Assembly (NCBI GenBank): GCA_963845185.1
Contig: CAWJRG010000010.1
Location: 320,001 to 384,000 of the forward strand
Source: an uncultured bacterium
GTDB taxonomy: Bacteria; Oederibacteriota; PGYV01; CAWJRG01
Direction of reading: 5' to 3'
Length of the DNA: 64,000 nucleotides
The notes beneath the pieces are model-generated. The model saw only the letters and a program-made list of their open reading frames with translations, had not been told where the DNA came from and searched no databases. A program made the translations under genes and the position numbers. How positions within the stretch are numbered: position 1 is the first letter of the stretch; each line of letters begins with the position of its first letter. This document shows positions 60,287 through 64,000 of this stretch, in pieces.

Positions 60287-60666
60287 TCTGTTTGCATCAC
60301 GCATTTTGCTTCAATGCCTCCTCTCGTGTTGTAATTTGTCTCGACATAGAGGTATTTGGGGCTCAGCAGTTTTTTTATGTCCGTGAATATCCTGTCTGTC
60401 GCCGCCTCCTGGTATATCCCCACGTTCCTGAAAGATATAAAATAATATTTCAGCGATTTGAGCTCGATTATTTTTTTATCCGGGATGTATCTTATTATCA
60501 CCTCGGCAATGTCCGGCAGCCCGGAAAACGGGCATACTGCCGAAAATTCTTTTGTGCGGTATTCTATTAGCTGTTTTTTGCCCTTGTAACTGATGGTCTC
60601 GAGCACTTTCGCGTCTATTTCAGTTTCCGGCTGGAACCTGTATTTTTTTCCTTCTGCTTTCGGCAT
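60283..60666 (-). CDS. queF: PreQ1 synthase (7-cyano-7-deazaguanine reductase, unimodular)
   Basis: EFSAVCPFSGLPD, ELKSLKYY, RGGI. Confidence 0.92.
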   Translation of the reverse strand: MPKAEGKKYRFQPETEIDAKVLETISYKGKKQLIEYRTKEFSAVCPFSGLPDIAEVIIRYIPDKKIIELKSLKYYFISFRNVGIYQEAATDRIFTDIKKLLSPKYLYVETNYNTRGGIEAKCVMQTE

Positions 60667-60704
60667 ATTGCACCTCGTATTTATATTGAATTACCTCCGA
60701 CTTC

Positions 60705-62033
60705 CAGACTGTGTCATAAGTCTCCGTCCACAGCTGATTGCCGTAGGTAAATTAAAAAATCTACAAAATATCCTGTTTTATACAAAAAACCTGCGTGGCC
60801 CGATGTTTCTTGCTATCCAAGCTGCGCAATCAACTCCCTGACACCTACAATGCTTATCATTCGAGCCATATTGAAACAACTTGTGAACAACGCCATCTCA
60901 GCTCTTGCTCCTTCAAGCCCTCGCAGCAGAAACCCGCTTACTCCAAGATTTCTTTTAATATGTCCGAACGGCAACTCTGCTTTCTCTTTTCTCAACTTGA
61001 AAATATCCTGCGATTCTTTTGTTTTATATTTTTCTTCAAGCAATATTTTTAGTTCTTCGTTTTTTAGCCTCTTTATCATTCTGCCCTTCGGAGACCGGGT
61101 GCATACTCCAAAGTTTTTACATTCTATACAAGCCTTTTCTTCAGTAGACCTATATACTTCAAGATTCTTTTTTTTATCAAAACTATGCCATGTCAATATC
61201 TGTCCTTCGGGACAAGTGTAGGTATCTTTCTCTGAATCGTATTGGAATTTATTTTTCCCAAACGGCCCGATGTCTTTTTTCTCTACCTGTTCCTGAGAAG
61301 GTACTATTACATTTATGTCTTTGTCGTGTATCTTTTTCATTTCTTCTATGCTGGCATATCCGGCATCCCCACACGCATTTTTGCATTTGTTTTCAACTGT
61401 TTTCGCCGCTTCTTCAATCTGACTCCCGAATTGCTTGCGGTCATTGCTTTCGTTTACTACGTCGCTATGCACTATCAGTCCGTGTCTTTCATCTACCACT
61501 ATCTGCCCGTTATATCCGCTACAAATAGCGTGTTTCCTTCTATCAATCCCAGTTTCATACACATCTTTGCGCTTTGTTTCATCACGTTTTTCAACATTTC
61601 CCGGTTGTCTTTTCGAAACCTTGCTATTGTTTTATGATCCGGCTTCAATCCTCCCAGCAGCCACATAAAAGACACATTATGATGCGTCGCTCTTTCCAGT
61701 TTTCTCGAACTTCGTGTCCCGTATGAATATCCGTATACCAGCAATTTTATCATAGCCTCAGGGTCGTATTCCGAATTTCCCATTTGCGTTTCATCTATTA
61801 CTATCCCAAGTTCTTCCATTTTCAACGCCTTTACGAACGCGTCGTACGCCCTTACAGGATCATCTTCCCCTACATATTCTTCTATGCTCTGCGGAAACAT
61901 TGTCAACTGACTTCGGTCTCCATATCGGTATGCCATTTTTGTCTCCTTTTCTGATGTGTTTTCTGGAGACATTATACCATTTTTTATCTGTCAAATATCG
62001 TTTCAGACTACAAAAACATTATGACACAGTCTG
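60705..62033 (-). mobile_element. IS1182-family element with internal deletion (1329 bp)
   Basis: TIRs CAGACTGTGTCATAA / TTATGACACAGTCTG; TTC duplicated in the loop of the palindrome CCTCCGAC-TTC-GTCGGAGG. Confidence 0.88.
60813..61936 (-). pseudogene. IS1182 transposase, internally deleted and frameshifted at ~61520
   Basis: N-terminal part (SSRKLE, PDHKTI) ends at GNTLFV and joins GYNGQ in another frame; the DG catalytic motif and coiled-coil are missing. Confidence 0.88.
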
Positions 62034-62056
62034 TTCGTCGGAGGATTCAAAAACTT

Positions 62057-62244
62057 CCCCTTCCCCCTCGACGGGAGAAGGTCGGGATGGGGGTGAGGCA
62101 GCAGCTAATTGCGTGTCGCTTCACGCCAACATCATATCCCAAAAACTTCTTTTTCTTATTTCGCATTCTATCTTTATCTTAATTTATATAGTTATTGCCG
62201 CTACTTCACCCTCTCTTTTTTCCTCTCCCGTCGATGGAGAGGAG
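62057..62244 (+). repeat. Repeat family B, copy 4
   Basis: Consensus arms with the longest spacer. Confidence 0.8.
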
Positions 62245-62329
62245 ACCACCAACTTTGTTGGTTGTCAACAAGATGTAGGGCCTTCGCCCTACCACAGACT
62301 AAAGTCGGTGGATTCGTTCGGAATTAAAT

Positions 62330-63325
62330 CTAATGTATGTTTTTCTTCATCGAATACCCGAAACTGTCGTATTCAACCGCACTGACAAGCTTTCCGTTTT
62401 TGTAAACTGCTTCTGTCTTCTTTTTTCCGTCCTCAAAATATGCGGTATATGGCCCGTCCTTTCTGCCGTTTATGTAATTTCCCGAAGCTTTTAACTTTCC
62501 ATTTTCATAATATTCTTTGCTGGTACCGCTTTTCCTGCCGTCTTTATACCCGGATTCGGCGTTCAGCTTGCCGTCCGCGTCAAACCATTTATAAACTCCG
62601 TCAAGCTTCCCGTCCTTGTTTGTTCCCTGCCCTGCCAATACGCCGTTCTTATTGTATTGTTTAAAAACGCCTTCTTCTATGCCTTTCTTATATTCAATTT
62701 CAGACTGTTTTTTTCCGTTTTCATAATACCATGCCCAGGTTCCTTCGCGCCTGCCGGCCATATAAGTGCCGGCGCAATTAAGTTTGCCGTTCTTGAAAAA
62801 AATCTCCATCCGGCCTTCCGGGATGCCGTTTTTGTAACTTGATTGCCTGCTCATATTTTCGTTTTCATAATAATCCTTGTATTCGCCGTTAAGCCTGCCA
62901 TTGGATAAAAAATATTCCGATTTAATCTTGCCGTTGCTGAAAAAATCCTTTATTTCCCCGTCTTCCTTGCCTCCTTTTAACCCGAAAATTCCCGCTTTTT
63001 GCCCTGTTTTATAGAACATCTCGTATCTTCCGTCAACAGGTTCGTCGTTTTTATATCTGACTGTTTCATAATACTCACTCCCGTTATTTCCGGATAAATA
63101 AAATTTTACAAGGCCATTTATGCTTTCGCCTTCTTTTTTCAACTCATTGCCTTTTTTATAAACCCAGCTTGCGATTTCCTGGTTATTTGCATAAAAATAC
63201 CTGGTATCGCCCTTTTGCGCGCTTGTAATCTTTGCCTCTTCCGGCTTTGAGCATGATGAAAAAACAGCCCCGGCAAGGACAACCAGCATCATAAAAATTT
63301 TGGTGTATATTTTGTGAGTAGACAT
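62330..63325 (-). CDS. MORN-variant repeat (YwqK-like) lipoprotein; first four codons supplied by the intron
   Basis: Repeated Y(Y/F)ENG..K....YKNG...G units; AVFSSC lipobox. Confidence 0.85.
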   Translation of the reverse strand: MSTHKIYTKIFMMLVVLAGAVFSSCSKPEEAKITSAQKGDTRYFYANNQEIASWVYKKGNELKKEGESINGLVKFYLSGNNGSEYYETVRYKNDEPVDGRYEMFYKTGQKAGIFGLKGGKEDGEIKDFFSNGKIKSEYFLSNGRLNGEYKDYYENENMSRQSSYKNGIPEGRMEIFFKNGKLNCAGTYMAGRREGTWAWYYENGKKQSEIEYKKGIEEGVFKQYNKNGVLAGQGTNKDGKLDGVYKWFDADGKLNAESGYKDGRKSGTSKEYYENGKLKASGNYINGRKDGPYTAYFEDGKKKTEAVYKNGKLVSAVEYDSFGYSMKKNIH

Positions 63326-64000
63326 CTTTTATAACCTCCTTTGGTTACTTAATGCCCCTCTCAGAACCGAACGTGACCGTTTCGGTCATTCGGCTCCACG
63401 GGAATACTTCCTAATACGATGACAGCGAATAGGTTAAATGATATATCCTGGGTTCCGGCAATGGGTTGTATCTTAGAAAGCGGCAAAACTGTTCCCAGTT
63501 GTAACTTCTTTTCTGGCTTCGCCTGTTTATCCATTTATAGGCGAGCGCACGATTTCTCCAGTAGAATTTTGTTATTTGGGGCATATTACCGCTTATCCCG
63601 TAATAATTGTAGTGGCCCGTTAACTTTCTTCCTAATGCCTGCCACCACTGTTTTAATTCCACAAGATTTCTTACGCTCTTTAGCCAGAAGTTCGTCGCCT
63701 TCATCTTCTGTTTGAATTTTGTACTTGCCGTCCTTCGGCCTAATTTGAAGCCGCCCTTTCTGGTTTTGTCGCAGTAATGAGTAAACCCGAGGAAATCAAA
63801 GGTCGGAATTTTCCCGCCTGTATCTTTGGACTTATACCAGGCGTGGCGCCCGAATACGATTATTCTCGATTTATCTTTGGCGATTTTGAGGCCAAACTTA
63901 TCAAGCCTCTGTCTTAACATTTCGCCAAACTCCTTTGCTTCGCTGTCATATTGGAACAGCACAACAAAGTCATCGGCATAACGTATCAGACTGGCGTATC
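63314..64000 (-). mobile_element. Group II intron, 3' part (5' part outside the window)
   Basis: Domain V GAGCCGAATGACCGAAACGGTCACGTTCGGTTCT (63363-63396, AGC triad); domain VI with bulged A, ending CTACTCAC. Confidence 0.9.
63411..64000 (-). CDS. ltrA: Group II intron reverse transcriptase/maturase (C-terminal part, no endonuclease domain)
   Basis: LIRYADDFV at the window edge, FDFLGFTH, GHYNYYG, WINRRSQ. Confidence 0.92.
   Translation of the reverse strand, partial: YASLIRYADDFVVLFQYDSEAKEFGEMLRQRLDKFGLKIAKDKSRIIVFGRHAWYKSKDTGGKIPTFDFLGFTHYCDKTRKGGFKLGRRTASTKFKQKMKATNFWLKSVRNLVELKQWWQALGRKLTGHYNYYGISGNMPQITKFYWRNRALAYKWINRRSQKRSYNWEQFCRFLRYNPLPEPRIYHLTYSLSSY

Noticed and set aside
60667..60704. 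preQ1 riboswitch upstream of queF
   Set aside because: Only 38 bp precede the IS end, and no preQ1 aptamer pattern is recognisable on either side of the IS
62330..63325. Toxin-antitoxin module implied by YwqK-like repeats
   Set aside because: No adjacent toxin gene; the protein looks like a stand-alone MORN-repeat lipoprotein
1..64000. CRISPR array or cas genes
   Set aside because: No regularly spaced direct repeats with unique spacers and no Cas motifs seen

Overview
Bacterial chromosome segment, almost entirely minus-strand, from a diderm organism (BamA-like barrel, lipoproteins). The gene content is compatible with a candidate-phylum genome such as Ca. Goldiibacteriota, but that is a low-confidence impression. 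Housekeeping genes include rpsB-tsf-pyrH-frr, parAB, trxA, glyQS, tRNA-Ala(GGC), pheS, tadBC, uppP, dcd and queF. Four things stand out. (1) A ~12 kb accessory region (30946-42605) looks like a sigma54-controlled conflict/defence regulon. It has an enhancer-binding protein with an atypical N-terminal domain, two matching -24/-12 promoters each preceded by GTCA-N5-TGAY boxes at nearly the same distance, a beta-CASP nuclease, two UDG-like proteins, a Nmad-like protein, two PD-(D/E)xK nucleases and a MoxR AAA+/zincin-vWA module. (2) A covarying two-hairpin repeat occurs in 7 full copies, always co-oriented with the next gene and usually abutting its Shine-Dalgarno (SD). (3) A group II intron's domain VI supplies the RBS and ATG of the downstream gene. 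(4) Two IS1182 elements each sit in the centre of a palindrome, among several other REP/MITE-like families. Two single-base frameshifts (tadC, uppP) may be sequencing errors. All product calls come from motif recognition by eye; no database searches were run.
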